Shown: positions 28,145 through 41,690, numbered from the stretch's first letter. The stretch: 64,000 nt of DNA from Octopus vulgaris (GCA_951406725.2 OX597818.1:104408001-104472000); one strand, 5' to 3'. The notes: generated by a model not told the origin, from the letters alone. Numbers and translations are program-made.

Positions 28145-28290
28145 TGTTGTGTCTGGGGAGAGTCATTCTGTTTTGGTGCCTTCTAATTTAACACACGCAT
28201 CTCATAGCTAAAATTTCCACTTATTTCCTTTTCATTCTTCTAAAATTTTCGTTGTGTCTTGCAACCTTTTCCATAGTCATTGACTCTATC
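28143..28290 (-). mobile_element. Penelope-like terminal repeat fragment, same family as 29975-30194
   Basis: ctgttgtgtctggggagagtcatt...aaaatttccacttatt...ttttcgttgtgtcttgcaaccttttc shared with 29976-30097. Confidence 0.65.
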
Positions 28291-28482
28291 CGTTTGATAT
28301 ATTAATTTTCTTTGCAGCTATTTAACTATATAGTTCACTTATTTGTTTTTGATGTTGGATTTTCTTTCTTAAACACACACGACTAACTTTTACCATATGT
28401 TTTCTATAAAATACAATGCATAGATTCTGCTTCTCACAGCACAATTCCGAGTGTTATGCTTTTAACTAATTCCATGATTATA

Positions 28483-29655
28483 CGAGGGGCGTTCAATAAG
28501 TAATGCCCCTGACCCACTTCCCATAGCAGTAGAGCAACGAAACTTGGCACAGTTATTAGTGTTTTTCTACATAGAAACCACCCAGAGTTACGCATTTCTC
28601 CCATCGTTTGATGCAGCTCTGGAGACCGTTTTTGTAGAAGACCCCAGCTTGGTTCTCCAACCACGACGTGACTTCAGAAATCAAGACTGCATCATCTGGG
28701 AAACGCTTTCCTTTCAAAAACAACTTCCTGGCTGGGAAGAGGTGAAAATCAGAGGGTGCAAGGTCAAGAGAGTAGGGAGGATGGGGGAAGAATTCATAGC
28801 CGCACGCCTGTGCTTCTGATCTGGCGGCACACGAGTTGTGGACCGGAGCGTTGTCCTGCAGGAGGAGGATGCCTTTGCTGATCTTGTCCCGCCTCTTGAT
28901 TTTGATAGCTTCTCTTAATTTCCTCAAAAGTGAAGCATAATAGGTTCCTGTAATTGTGGTACCCTTTGCCAGGAAATCTGTCGTCACTACTCCGTCCTTG
29001 TGCCAGAAGACTGTGAGCATGACCTTGCCAGCGGAGGGCTGCACCCTTGCCTTCTTTGGAGGTGAGTCACGGTGCTTCCACTGCATTGACTGGGCTTTGG
29101 TCTCTGGATCATAGTGATGGACCCAGGTTTCATCCTGTGTAATCACCTTTTGCATATGCAAATGGTTATGAATGATAGTTTCCACAGACCCGGTACTAAC
29201 CTTGACCTCATGGGCTATTTAGCGAATAGTTGTGCGTCGATCTTCCAAAATGGCAGCATCAACTTGACGGACAGATGCCTCATCAATAGCAGAAGGGGTG
29301 CGACCAGATCTGGGAGCTGTTTCCACAGAGTTCCGACCATGTTTGAATTCACGATGCCAGCGTTTTACAAGGTCATATGATGGGGCATCATCACCATAAG
29401 TTACTTTCATTTCATCAAAAGTCTCCCGTGATGTGCGTCCTTTCAAATACAAAAACCGGATCACTGCTCGACACTCAACAGGCTCCATTTCACACTTGAC
29501 TCAGTTCAAACACCTGTAAATCAGAAACCACAATTAGTTCAGCGATGTAATTCGCCAGTTAATCTATAGAGATATAAATAATTGCACATGCAAAATTTCA
29601 ACTAGATCAAACAACTGCAAGTGGGTCAGAGACATTACTTATTGAACGTCCCTCG
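28483..29655 (-). mobile_element. mariner (DD34D) DNA transposon with both TIRs and TA target duplication
   Basis: cgaggggcgttcaataagtaatgcccctgacccactt at 28483 versus aagtgggtcagagacattacttattgaacgtccctcg ending at 29655; TA at 28481-28482 and 29656-29657. Confidence 0.95.
28556..29488 (-). pseudogene. mariner transposase with a premature stop and an in-frame deletion
   Basis: HTH N-terminus (RAVIRFL...PRSGR), DETW, QDNAPVH and YSLDLAPSDFHLF, with 34 residues between the 2nd and 3rd D. TAA at 29219-29221; the WVPxxL linker is absent. Confidence 0.93.
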
Positions 29656-29974
29656 TACAAGTAGCAAACTTCTGGTCTTAGTCATGCAGAAAATACTCCA
29701 CAAAACAAACCAGTGATTCATGGCACAGTCTTCTCTGATATTTCTATACATGCTGTACTATTCATAATACTCTTGTTTTGATACATGAAACCAACTGCTT
29801 TATAAGAGATCCAACTTCAATCTTCGACTGGAGTTGGATACATAGCCTCCGGATGGAAATGTTTCCTTGTAAGACAATGCAATTACCCAAGATCGTCAGA
29901 GAAGAAAATTTCATCACGAACTTCACAAGGTTCGTTTCGTCTTCCTCCGTGTAAACTAAATCTAGATTTTTTAG

Positions 29975-30194
29975 TCTGTTGTGTCTGGGGAGAGTCATTT
30001 TCTTTTTGTGCCTTATGATTTAACACACTCACCGATAAAATTTCCACTTATTATTTGTATTTTCCTAAGCTTTTCGTTGCGTCTTGTAACCTTTTCAATA
30101 TTCTTGAAAATAAAAATAAGAAATAACTGGAAATTTTACTGGTGAGTAAATCATAAAGCACAAAAAGAAAATGACTCTCCCCAAACGCAACAGA
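29975..30194. mobile_element. 220-bp palindromic (fold-back) element with a hammerhead-like motif in the loop, Penelope-like
   Basis: tctgttgtgtctggggagagtcattttctttttgtgc...aaatttcca versus tggaaatttt...gcacaaaaagaaaatgactctccccaaacgcaacaga. Confidence 0.75.
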
Positions 30195-31077
30195 ACATGC
30201 TTCAACACACGAACTCATATAAAGGATCTTGCAAACCAAATCCAAAAACGAAATAGATGTTTTTAGGTTTCCCAGAAAAGAAAAGCACTAATGCGTTTTG
30301 CATGTAAAAAACTTGATCTAACTTTTTCGATGTTGTCCGCAGTGTCACTAAAGTGCACCTAGAATTTCTCTTAAACGGTTTTAAAAAATACCAACGGTGT
30401 CATTTTCCTTAAACCGTAGGTACATCAGCTCATTGTTTTGGTACGTTTTGATGGTTGCGCTAATTAAAGATGGTAAACGTACATCAGTTTCGATTCAATA
30501 CTGTTGACCTCTTCATGGAGGGCAATAGTTAGCCAACATAGACATTCACGGGGTATTTGTGCCGAATCTTCAGTTTACAGATTACGCAACTGGGCAAATA
30601 TCTATGCTAAGATTTTTCTTTTGTTACCCAACACAGCAAAGATATGCATGATGTAATAAAGACTATTTTCAGAGACTGCCTTACATACAAAATAATATCG
30701 GATATTAAAATTCAAATACATTTTCCTAAAATGCTCTTAAATTAAGTGAAAATTACTGTCGTTTATTAGTACTGACAATAATTTCATTATGGCAATTACA
30801 ATTTTCAAGTTGAAAATGACATCCTTTTAAACAGAAAAATCATCTCTTATTCACAAATAACATATATTATAATTGATTCAATAAACAGGGTTGAATGGGT
30901 TTTACTCGCCAGCATACGCTTTTCTTTAAACTAGGAGGCACCACACGATATACTCAAAGTATATATATATAATTTCATATACATAACTCAATTTCCATAT
31001 GCATATATATATATATATATATATACATATATATACATATATGTGTATATATATATATACATATATACATATATGTG

Positions 31078-31125
<48 letters not shown>

Positions 31126-31138
31126 TATATACACACAC

Positions 31139-31181
<43 letters not shown>

Positions 31182-31409
31182 TGCACACACACATACATAT
31201 ATACTTATAAGATAAAGATATATTCATAAAGATTATTATATCAGTGGCCTAGCACATAAGAATGAACGTATATGTAACGTTAATTTCTTTACGTATATAA
31301 TTGTAAAAATATAATTATAGTTCAAGGCTACTGGAAATTACCAACACCAATGCTTGAAGTAGATGTCAAATACCTACAATCCACTCTAAAATTTGTGCCA
31401 AGGTAGTTC

Positions 31410-31557
<148 letters not shown>

Positions 31558-31558
31558 T

Positions 31559-32350
31559 GTTTCTTTATTTGTCACACAGGGCTGCACACAGACGGGACAG
31601 ATTACAAAGTAGAGCTTTTCTTTTGGGGGGAGAGGAAAAAAATATAAAGGTGGGGTAGGTTTTCGATCGAAAGGGATCGTAAAAGGGAAAGCAGAAAGAA
31701 AAAAAGGAAAAGACACAAAAAAGGAAAAAAAAACGATCGATAGGGATCGTGTATCACAGATGTAAGGTGTAAAGGGGAAGCAGATAAGGTTTATCCGTGG
31801 GAAGAAAAACCTACGGAAAACACCACGGTAACCTCGGTCCATATTGTTACATGTTACCACATTTGTTTGCAAGTAGGTAACCCTCTATTTTCAATTTCCG
31901 GGTTCATAGGATTATGCTCAAGGTGGCTTCGTCATTCATACGTGCCATCCTTGCTACATTCAGCCATCTCTTTTTAAAACATTCGCTAGACAAAACTTGC
32001 CTCTCTACTCTCACTTTCCTTTTCAAGTGATACTTGAAGAAGTTGATGAGAGATTGAACAGAGAGGAAAGTGTTTGACTCTAATCCTTTCAGACGCGTCC
32101 ACCAGATACATTCTTTCGCCATAGCCACAAGGATGATGAAAATAGCTCTTCCTTCACGTTTGAAGGAAGGAGGCGTGACAATATTGACGATAGACTCGGC
32201 TGATAAACCGACTCGTCCCACACGTGACAGCAGTTGTTCGACATAAGCCCACAGGTCGGAAATTGTTGGACACTGCACGAGTGCATACAGAACGGTTTCG
32301 TCGCTCTGACCGCATCTCGGGCAGGTCGACCCCGTGTTTCTCGAGACAGG
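31559..32350 (-). mobile_element. 5'-truncated Tx1/L1-clade LINE (ORF2 C-terminus plus 3' UTR) inserted in (GATA)n
   Basis: Open frame 31904-32350: CPRCGQSDETVLYALVQC...LW...AKECIWWTR...FKKRW (zinc knuckle and IW..R motif); ends ...gcagccctgtgtgacaaataaagaaac; (GATA)n on both flanks. Confidence 0.85.
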
Positions 32351-32353
32351 TAA

Positions 32354-32400
<47 letters not shown>

Positions 32401-32418
32401 CATACATACATACATACA

Positions 32419-32452
<34 letters not shown>

Positions 32453-32690
32453 CATACTTACATATATACATACATTTCCTTATTAGCCATACAGGACCGA
32501 AACAAACAGACAGACAAAGAGACAGACAGGCAGGCAGAGAGACTGACAGGCAGATAGATAGATACATACATACATACATACATATACGCATACATATATA
32601 TATACATGCATCTCATTATTAGCCGTACAGGGCCAAGACAAACAGTCAGCCAGACAAACAGACAGACAGGTAGACAGAGAGACTGACAGG

Positions 32691-32754
<64 letters not shown>

Positions 32755-32755
32755 C

Positions 32756-32791
<36 letters not shown>

Positions 32792-32794
32792 GAC

Positions 32795-32857
<63 letters not shown>

Positions 32858-33224
32858 GATAGATAGATAGATAGACATATGGAAAGACTTGTGTATGAAA
32901 GTTTCACTACCAGCAAGAAGGCGGAAAGAGAATTTTAAATACTGAATGCAGAATGTCAAAATACGTTTATGAAAGGTGAATCGTTTATTTTTATGATTCG
33001 CCTTTGAACTTCAAAACAAATTTTAGTAATTAACCGTGAGAGACATAACATGAATATTCTGATAACGACAACAAAAAGAAGCATTTGATTGGTTGCATGT
33101 GTAAAGGGAAAACAATACCACATTGATAAATGATGTTTGATTGGCTATATGGGTGCTTGTTTGTATACAAATACATATATATACACATACACATATATAC
33201 ATATACGCATACGCAAACATACAC

Positions 33225-33305
33225 ACATATTCTTTTATTCTTTTGTTCTACTATTTGTTTCAGCCATTTGAATGCAGCCACGCTGGAGCACCGCTTTTAG
33301 TCGAA
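33225..33305 (-). mobile_element. SINE family B 3' tail
   Basis: tgtttcagccatttgaatgcagccacgctggagcaccgc...tagtcga. Confidence 0.65.
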
Positions 33306-33340
33306 CCAATCAACCTCATATATATATGCTCAATTTGAAA

Positions 33341-33497
33341 CTTAGTTCAATTTGAAAACTCCACCAGAATGGACGACAGCGCTAATATATGATATATGAT
33401 ATAAGTTATATGATATATAAAAACATGTAATATACAAATAAATATCTGTAAATATAAAACCATCCGAATTTCTGAGTACCTCATTTCTTCTAATATA
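33341..33497 (+). mobile_element. Interspersed repeat with hammerhead-like motif (copy 2)
   Basis: Matches 24612-24760; here GAAA is mutated to GACA (33375-33378). Confidence 0.7.
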
Positions 33498-33728
33498 AAA
33501 TACCTGTGCATCATCTCCAAACCTTCTAATATATATCACCGTCCAGGCGGGGAATTTATGGCCCAATAATATCGGGAAAACGGCCCTTATGAGCCAGGCA
33601 CGGCTCGAGAATGACACCACCACCATAATAACAACACCACCACCATAATAAGTATATATATATATATATAAAATAAATATAAGAGAGTGGTCACTTAAAT
33701 TAGTATCTAATTCTCTCACCCTTATTAA

Positions 33729-34142
<414 letters not shown>

Positions 34143-34179
34143 CGTATAATATTTATAATAAATAAATAATGTATATATT

Positions 34180-34530
34180 ATCACCATCATCATAATATAG
34201 CCCGGCATATTTTCCCCATTTGTTTTTTAGAATGGAGTAGCTACAGCAGCAAACACACATCAGGCATTCTATTAGAAGGCGAGGAGTACCAGTCTCCACG
34301 CACCTGCCCCTTTTAGTTGCCTCTTACGCCACGCGAGGAATAAGGTGAGTGCATTCTACGGATCCCCTCCCTAGTCGCAGTGGGGTTTGCTAGTTAGCTC
34401 ATTGCTGGGACCCTTACAGGTACTACTACCACTCCGGGCTAGAGTAGAACTGGGTAAAATAGTGGCTAAGAGGTGGTTCCACACACCCAAAAACCTGAAG
34501 TCAGAGCCCAAGGATCCCACCAACGGATGT
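34180..34530 (-). mobile_element. SINE-like or non-autonomous retroelement ending in (ATG)n, containing an HDV-like motif
   Basis: GC-rich block between microsatellites; minus-strand tail ...ggctatattatgatgatgg. Confidence 0.45.
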
Positions 34531-34569
34531 AGTTTATAGTGATGACCAGGACACACACACACACACGGA

Positions 34570-34679
<110 letters not shown>

Positions 34680-34689
34680 CCTTGTCGCT

Positions 34690-34762
34690 TAACCTCGAGC
34701 CGACCAAAGCTTTGTGGGTATATAATTGGTGGACGGAATCTGAAAGAAGCCTACCGTATATG

Positions 34763-34833
<71 letters not shown>

Positions 34834-35075
34834 GCGTGTGTGTGCGTGCGTGAGTGTATGTATATATGTACATGCATGTGTATGTGTATGTTTTTGTCCC
34901 ACAACATCGCTTGCCAACCGATGCTGATGTGTTTACATCCCCGTATATTAGCGGTTCAGCAAAAGAGAGCGATAGAAACAGTACAAGGCTTCAAAAAAAA
35001 AATTCTGGGGTCGATTTGCTCGACTAAAGGCGGTGCTCCAGCATGGCCGCCGTCAAATGACTGAAAGAAAAGAAT
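34690..35075 (+). mobile_element. SINE family B lacking its head, with internal (TG)n
   Basis: ccgaccaaagc...gacggaatctgaaagaagcc-(TA/TG)n-ttgtccc...gtgctccagcatggccgccgtcaaatgactgaaa. Confidence 0.85.
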
Positions 35076-35124
35076 ATTCTTAAGTAAATACTTATACATT
35101 ACATGCCAACGCGCACGTGTCCAT

Positions 35125-35460
35125 TGAGGTGCAGGTCATGTAATTGAGAAGCTTGCCGGCACCTTGACCAAGTGTCTTCTATTATATCTCAAAGCCAACT
35201 AAAAACTTGTATGGCGATTTCATAGGTGTATTTGAGTGTGTGTGTATAGTTATGTTTGTGATATTTTTGTCCCCACCAGCAATCGACAAGGGATTTTCAT
35301 ATATGTGTGTCCCTGTAACATCGTAGTTCGGCAAAAAGAGTACGACAGAATATATATTGTGCTTTAAAATAAGTCCTGGGGTCTATTTATTCGACTAAAC
35401 ACTTAATGGCGGTGCTCCAGCATGCCAGCATAGCCGCAGTCTTAAGTCTGCATGAAAGAA
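35125..35460 (+). mobile_element. SINE family B, older copy
   Basis: ggcaccttgaccaagtgtcttcta...gttcggcaaaaaga...ggcggtgctccagcatg. Confidence 0.7.
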
Positions 35461-36375
35461 TGATAGAAAATACATGCGTGTGTGTGTGTGTGTGTGTGCC
35501 TTCTGTGTGTGTAAACCCGATTACACTCACACATATATACATATCATACATCTATATGCATGTATAAACACACGCATATGTATATAATTATATATCTATG
35601 TGTGTATATAGATACATACACACACACACGCAAACACACTCACACACACACACATATATATATGTGTGTGTGTGTGTGTATTTACCGTAGTATGTGTGGC
35701 TTTTGAGTAATCGTTCTCCCATAAATAATTTCAGGATGTCGATATTTATAGCAAAACTTCTGCCTTCTATTCACACAAAGATTGTTCTATTATCTCAGTG
35801 AAACTTTCTGCATAAACGCCCACCTACTTTCCAAACACCTACTTTCCTATGATAGATTCAAGGTCAGTTCTCACCTGCAGACACTTTTACTGCACTAGTA
35901 TGCAGATTTGTGCTGTTAGTCTAAACCGATATTCTCTCACGTAATATATGCTGTCATCGTACACACTCCTTATGTTAGAAAAATCACTGCGTACTGCTCT
36001 TTCCAATTTAACCTCTGTCGTTACAAAGGAAGACAAATGTGATTTGTTGATCTTCGTGTTCGAAGTTTACAAAGAAAGAACCACTTTATGTACATCACTG
36101 TCAAAGTATCAGGATCGTGTGGTGTGGCAAGTTTTATTTTTCTCTAATAGCACGCTAGACATTTTAAAATAATCTAATAGATCGCTATCTTATAGTTGTT
36201 ATTTTCCAGTTTCGTTTCGAAGTTTAGATGGGATTTGACATTGACATCAATAATATATTACCAGTAATATACCCGTGTCAATTAATTGGGTGCCACCCAG
36301 TATTAAGATTTCTTGTGAAAGAAATCTATAAAAGTATTCCAATCATATCAATGAATGCCACTTTGTCTTTAAACC

Positions 36376-36555
36376 TATTTCTGTACTACCCACAAGGAGC
36401 TAAACACAGAGGGGACAAACAAGGACAGACACGGATTAAGTCAATTACATCGACCCCAATGCGTAACTGGTACTTATTTAATCGACCTCGAAAGGATGAA
36501 AGGCAAAGTCGACCTCGGCGGAATTTGAACTCAGAACGTAACGGCAGACGAAATA
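36376..36555 (-). mobile_element. SINE family A, headless core-tailA unit
   Basis: tactacccacaaggagctaaacacagaggggacaaac...ggaatttgaactcagaacgtaacggcagacgaaata. Confidence 0.88.
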
Positions 36556-36819
36556 AATCCCGTGTACATTTGGGTGGCTGCTATAACAGGTTCGATGATA
36601 AGAGGCTGTTACCCCTCAACTTATTCTCTACTCGTTAGAGGAATCAGACACAGTTAGAGAATCATCACAGTATTGTAGCAACGCACCTAAGCCGATTGTA
36701 TAACTGTGAGAGGGAAAGAAAAACAATCAACCTTAGAACATGATAGTACTTTCTTTATCGACTCCGGAAATATAACTGTCTCAGTTGATGACAGCAACAT
36801 TTGAATTCGTAGCATATGT

Positions 36820-36925
36820 ACCTAACGATCCTTCCAACCGCACATACCTAACGACCCTTCCAACCGCACATACCTAACGATCCTTCCAACCGCACATACC
36901 TAACGATCCTTCCAACCGCCCATAC
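36820..36925. repeat. Minisatellite, 26-bp unit x4
   Basis: acctaacgatccttccaaccgcacat repeated. Confidence 0.95.
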
Positions 36926-37879
36926 ACTTGAAGAGTAAGATAGATTCTATTTCATTCGTACAGTTATCACAGATTGCGTATCTACAAAATGGAACAAGTA
37001 CGGTTTCGTCAAGTAAAATAATTCGATGCAATTTCGATTTTTCGATGGATTTAATCACCTGTGTGCACACTAAACATTTGATATGTGTTGTAAAAGTAAA
37101 TAATACGTTCCGATTGCCTTGATGATGCAAGCCATAGATTTTAATTTGATTTTCTTCTATTTTCGTTTATCTGTTTCTTTTTCACTTCTTTCTTTTTCTT
37201 ATGTGATTATATTGAAGCGCTGAAATGAAATCTCGGAAATTTGATCCGTAATTATTTGAAGGCGATAGTATGTCTTTATTTACAGGAGCCATTCAGTTAG
37301 TTTCCTCACCACCTTCACTGTGACATAAACCATAGAGTAAAACATTACTACATCTCCTCAGTCTCTATCACATGCCTGGCCCAAGCATAGCTGATTTACC
37401 TCACTACCACGCGGATAGCACTGGGCTAGGCTCGAACCAGGAACCCTTTTTTATTTTGTGTCAAAGACGCAGTGTAGATGTAGGTATATAAAAAGATGCA
37501 TTTCATCGCTGCAGATGAGGTTAAGGGGCCGCAAAGCTATTATTTTCAAGTGGTTAGTTGGAATAGTCGTTAGGGTATCAGAAAAAATAACATAGATATT
37601 TATTCCATCTTAGTTCAAATCTCCACCAGGTCTATTTTACTTTCATTCTACCGAATCTTTCCGTTCCGATATCGAATCCCACCGTGGTATATTTGAGTAT
37701 TAGTCAATTTGTCCCACTTTATGTAACACTATGACCTTGTACTTAGATGTCTTTAGTGTAGTTCATTATGTTCTAAGCATTGCAGTCAGATTTACCGCGT
37801 TTGCTCCAACAGTATCGGAAGACGTAGAAAAGAAAGCAGCTGCTGGTAACATCGTTTACACACAAACATATGGTGGTAT

Positions 37880-38040
37880 TTCCCCCAGCGTCACATCCTA
37901 AGTTCAAAATCCGTCACGGCCGATTTTACCTTTCGTCTTTTCAGGGTCGGTAAAATAAGTACCAGTTGAGCAAGAGCATCGATGTAATCGATTAGCCACT
38001 CCACCCGGCAAATTTCAGGTTTTGTATCTGTAGTATAAAC
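37880..38040 (+). mobile_element. SINE family A (tail B), diverged
   Basis: aagttcaaaatccg...ttcagggtcggtaaaataagtaccagttgag...aatttcagg. Confidence 0.7.
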
Positions 38041-38964
38041 ACATTTAGAGAATTTCGACTTCGTTCCTCCAGGGTGATGGACTAATTACAGACGTTACAT
38101 TGAATTTTGATTTCAAATCTTGCCATGGTACATTTATGCAGTACTTGTGTGCCTTTTATGTGTGCCTTTTCATTCTCATTCCATCGTTCAAATAATTCTA
38201 CTGCAAGCTTTCCGTTACTTTTCTATTGCCAAAAATTTCAAACCAGCAATGCAAACTTTATAACCACATGGCAAAAATTTCCTTTTTATCTGCTAGAAAT
38301 AGCAGCAAATTTTTTTAAAACTGTGTCCAAATGGGTTTTAAATAAATGGAGGATATATGGAAGTAGACAGTGATGTAAAAGCTGTAAACGTCCTGACTAG
38401 AATACTTTCTGCAATAGATCTGCTCTATAGGCATCCCATGTGCTCATTACATGGCAAAACACAAGTAAAACAACAGTGAACCAAGTGAACCAAGATTTTA
38501 TAGAATTGTCACTGAACTGTGGCAGTTGCCTACCGAGATAGATTGGTCCGCTGGAGGGCTATATGATTTGGACATCAATGTAACAATGTGTAGCTAAGCG
38601 GATATGAAATCCCAGTTCATTAGTTAGTCGCTCGTTATTTTATAGACGCTGCTATATGCGCTTCATATGAATATATAGGAAAATATATCAGTTTTGTATG
38701 TTAATGGAAACTAGGTTACATCATTCTGAAAGAGGAAAGAGCTTTGAAGGCAGTCATTCTTTTCATATTGCCGCTCGTTACTGTACTACACAATAATGCT
38801 TTTAAACAAGTTCCACCGGTATATACGTATTTCGTTTGAGGCTGTTAACCCCTCACGAAATTATTTCTCATGTCCGAAGAAAGAGATGCTATAAACTGTC
38901 CCCAGAACTCTTTTCAATGACCAACATATCAGACTCCGAGAGAAGAATATGACCTAATCTTAGT

Positions 38965-39310
38965 CTGTCATTTTATTTGCCGACACTGGAAGAATGCAAA
39001 CGAAAACTGTTTCTGATATAGTAGCTGCCCTAGATATGATATAAAAAATTATGTCAGAAACATTGAGATAAGATCCCAGGAGAACCATGTCTCAGAGAAA
39101 TCCAAAAGATTGTGCTGACAAGTACTGCCTACATCCTTAGAAAAGCCCTATCAATTTCAATGTCTGTGTTGTATTACATGAAGATATTTCGCTACTGCCT
39201 CCGCCACTTCCCCTCCCCAAGCTTTCAGTCACATCTCTTATCCTTCACTCACCCTAGGGCACTGAGTGTGTCTCGGCAAGTGATTGTAACAAACACTCAG
39301 ATTAAAAGTA
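38965..39310 (+). mobile_element. R4/Dong-type LINE 3' end followed by (TAA)n
   Basis: IVAALDMI...KIPGEPCLREIQKIVLTSTAYILRKALSI, homologous to IVGALGMI...IPGLPSLQEVQKIVLTGTSHVLRRALSM at 45440-45590. Confidence 0.85.
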
Positions 39311-39364
39311 AATAATAATAATAATAATAATAATAATAATTATTATTATTATTATTATTATTAA

Positions 39365-39510
39365 TTCGTTTATTGGCCACAAGGGCTAACAAAAATCAAT
39401 CAATTAAAACATAAAGGGACAAAACACAGGACGAAAGTTACAAAGGGTTTTGTACAAAAGCAGGATAACAACGAAATATAAGTAACAATTAAAACTCCCA
39501 ATAGGGGGAA
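39365..39510 (-). mobile_element. 3' terminus related to the Tx1-like LINE, lying between TTA/TAA arrays
   Basis: tttattggccacaagggct matches tttattggccacacagggct at 51961. Confidence 0.55.
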
Positions 39511-39524
39511 TAATAATAATAATG

Positions 39525-39583
<59 letters not shown>

Positions 39584-39584
39584 T

Positions 39585-39640
<56 letters not shown>

Positions 39641-40454
39641 TGTTGTTGTTGTTGTTGCTGTTGCTGCTTTTGATGCTGCTGGTGCTGTTGTTTTTCATTT
39701 AGTTGTTGCTATTGTAATTGCTGAGGCTAAGGGTCTTACTGTTGCCAATGAGGTTAGCATTTTTAGTTCTGTGGCTGTTAAACTCATTTTCGAGAACGAT
39801 GTAAAATAATGATGATGATGACGACGACGACGATCGCTGTACAGCCGTTGTTGTCAGCGTTGCTTTCCTTTTCATTTTGTTGTCGCTGTTGCATTTCATT
39901 GCCATTATCGACGCTGTTTATTGCTGACGACGCTTGCGTGGTTTCAGTGATAATGGCATGGTATTGTACTTCATTAAATCACAAACCGGAAAACTACTTC
40001 CACAACTGTCACCATCTTACACTTTACCAACTCAAAAATAACAACAGCAACAACAACAACAACGATATAGCATCAACGACGTCAACATAACTCGCCGCCT
40101 TCAAAATAAGAACTCGTCAATGCAAAAGAAGAAAAGTCTTATGAAAGTAAAGAATAAGATCTAATTATAACAAAATAAGAAATAGTTTATAACTTTCCAT
40201 TCAGAACACTGTCTTCCTTTGTAGTTTACTTCATGTCTTCCTCGTTTATTTATTTACATTTTTCTTTTCTCCTTCTTGTTTATTGTTCCTGTTTGTTGAT
40301 GTTCCATTTGACATTGCTCCGGCGACTGTTAGAAATGATGGCGGCGGTAGGCTTATTTTTGCGATGTTACTGCTAGTAATGATTCTATTGTCGTTGTTAT
40401 TGCTGCAGTTGCTCGTGTTGTAGTTGCTGTTACTGCTTCCTTTTCTTCTTCTTC

Positions 40455-40522
<68 letters not shown>

Positions 40523-40953
40523 TGCGTTATTGTTGTTCTTGTTTCGTTATCATGAAAGCTAAAATTTCTCCTAATCAAACACCTATTGTCTTCATGTTTG
40601 AATTCCAAACTGGCTTTCATTTCACTTTAAGATATTAAATATCTTAGTTTTGCAGTATTCTAAAGACAATTGTAGAATGCCAATTTTTCTGCATACTTCA
40701 GGATATTCAGTTTTCGCTTCTCGATGCGTGATGCTAGCAATTAAACAGTTGTGAGTAAATAAATTTACGACATAAAAGAATGTATTTCTCTTTTTGTCCT
40801 CACAACTTTCTGTTATTTCAGCTAGTTTTATATTTATTGAATTCAATGAAGAGAGAAAACTCTTGTTTTTAGATGCTGACATTTTTTTTTTTTGTTTTCT
40901 ATTCGTGTTTTGTAGCAATTAATATCGGTTTTCTGTTATTTTTTACGAGATTA

Positions 40954-41170
40954 AGGCAGCAAGCTGGCAGAATCGTTAACACGTCGGCCAAAATGTTTAG
41001 TGGTATTTTTGGGGGCTACATGTGGACTGAGTTCAAATTCGGCTAAGGTCGATTTTTTTCCCTTTTTTTCACTTCAGGTTCACTAAAATAGGTACTTGTC
41101 AAATACTGGGGTCGGTGTAATGATCCTGACCCTCCCTTGTAAATTAATGGTCTTGTACAAAAATTAGCAA
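40954..41170 (+). mobile_element. SINE family A monomer, diverged
   Basis: aggcagcaagctggcagaatcgttaacacg...ctgagttcaaattc...ctggggtcg. Confidence 0.8.
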
Positions 41171-41194
41171 GACATGTCCATTACCAGACATTAT

Positions 41195-41690
<496 letters not shown>

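Noticed and set aside
29762-29998. 78-aa minus-strand ORF
   Set aside because: It starts inside the fold-back repeat and has no domain motif or splice support.
36820-36925. CRISPR-like repeat
   Set aside because: It is a contiguous tandem repeat without spacers, in a eukaryotic context.
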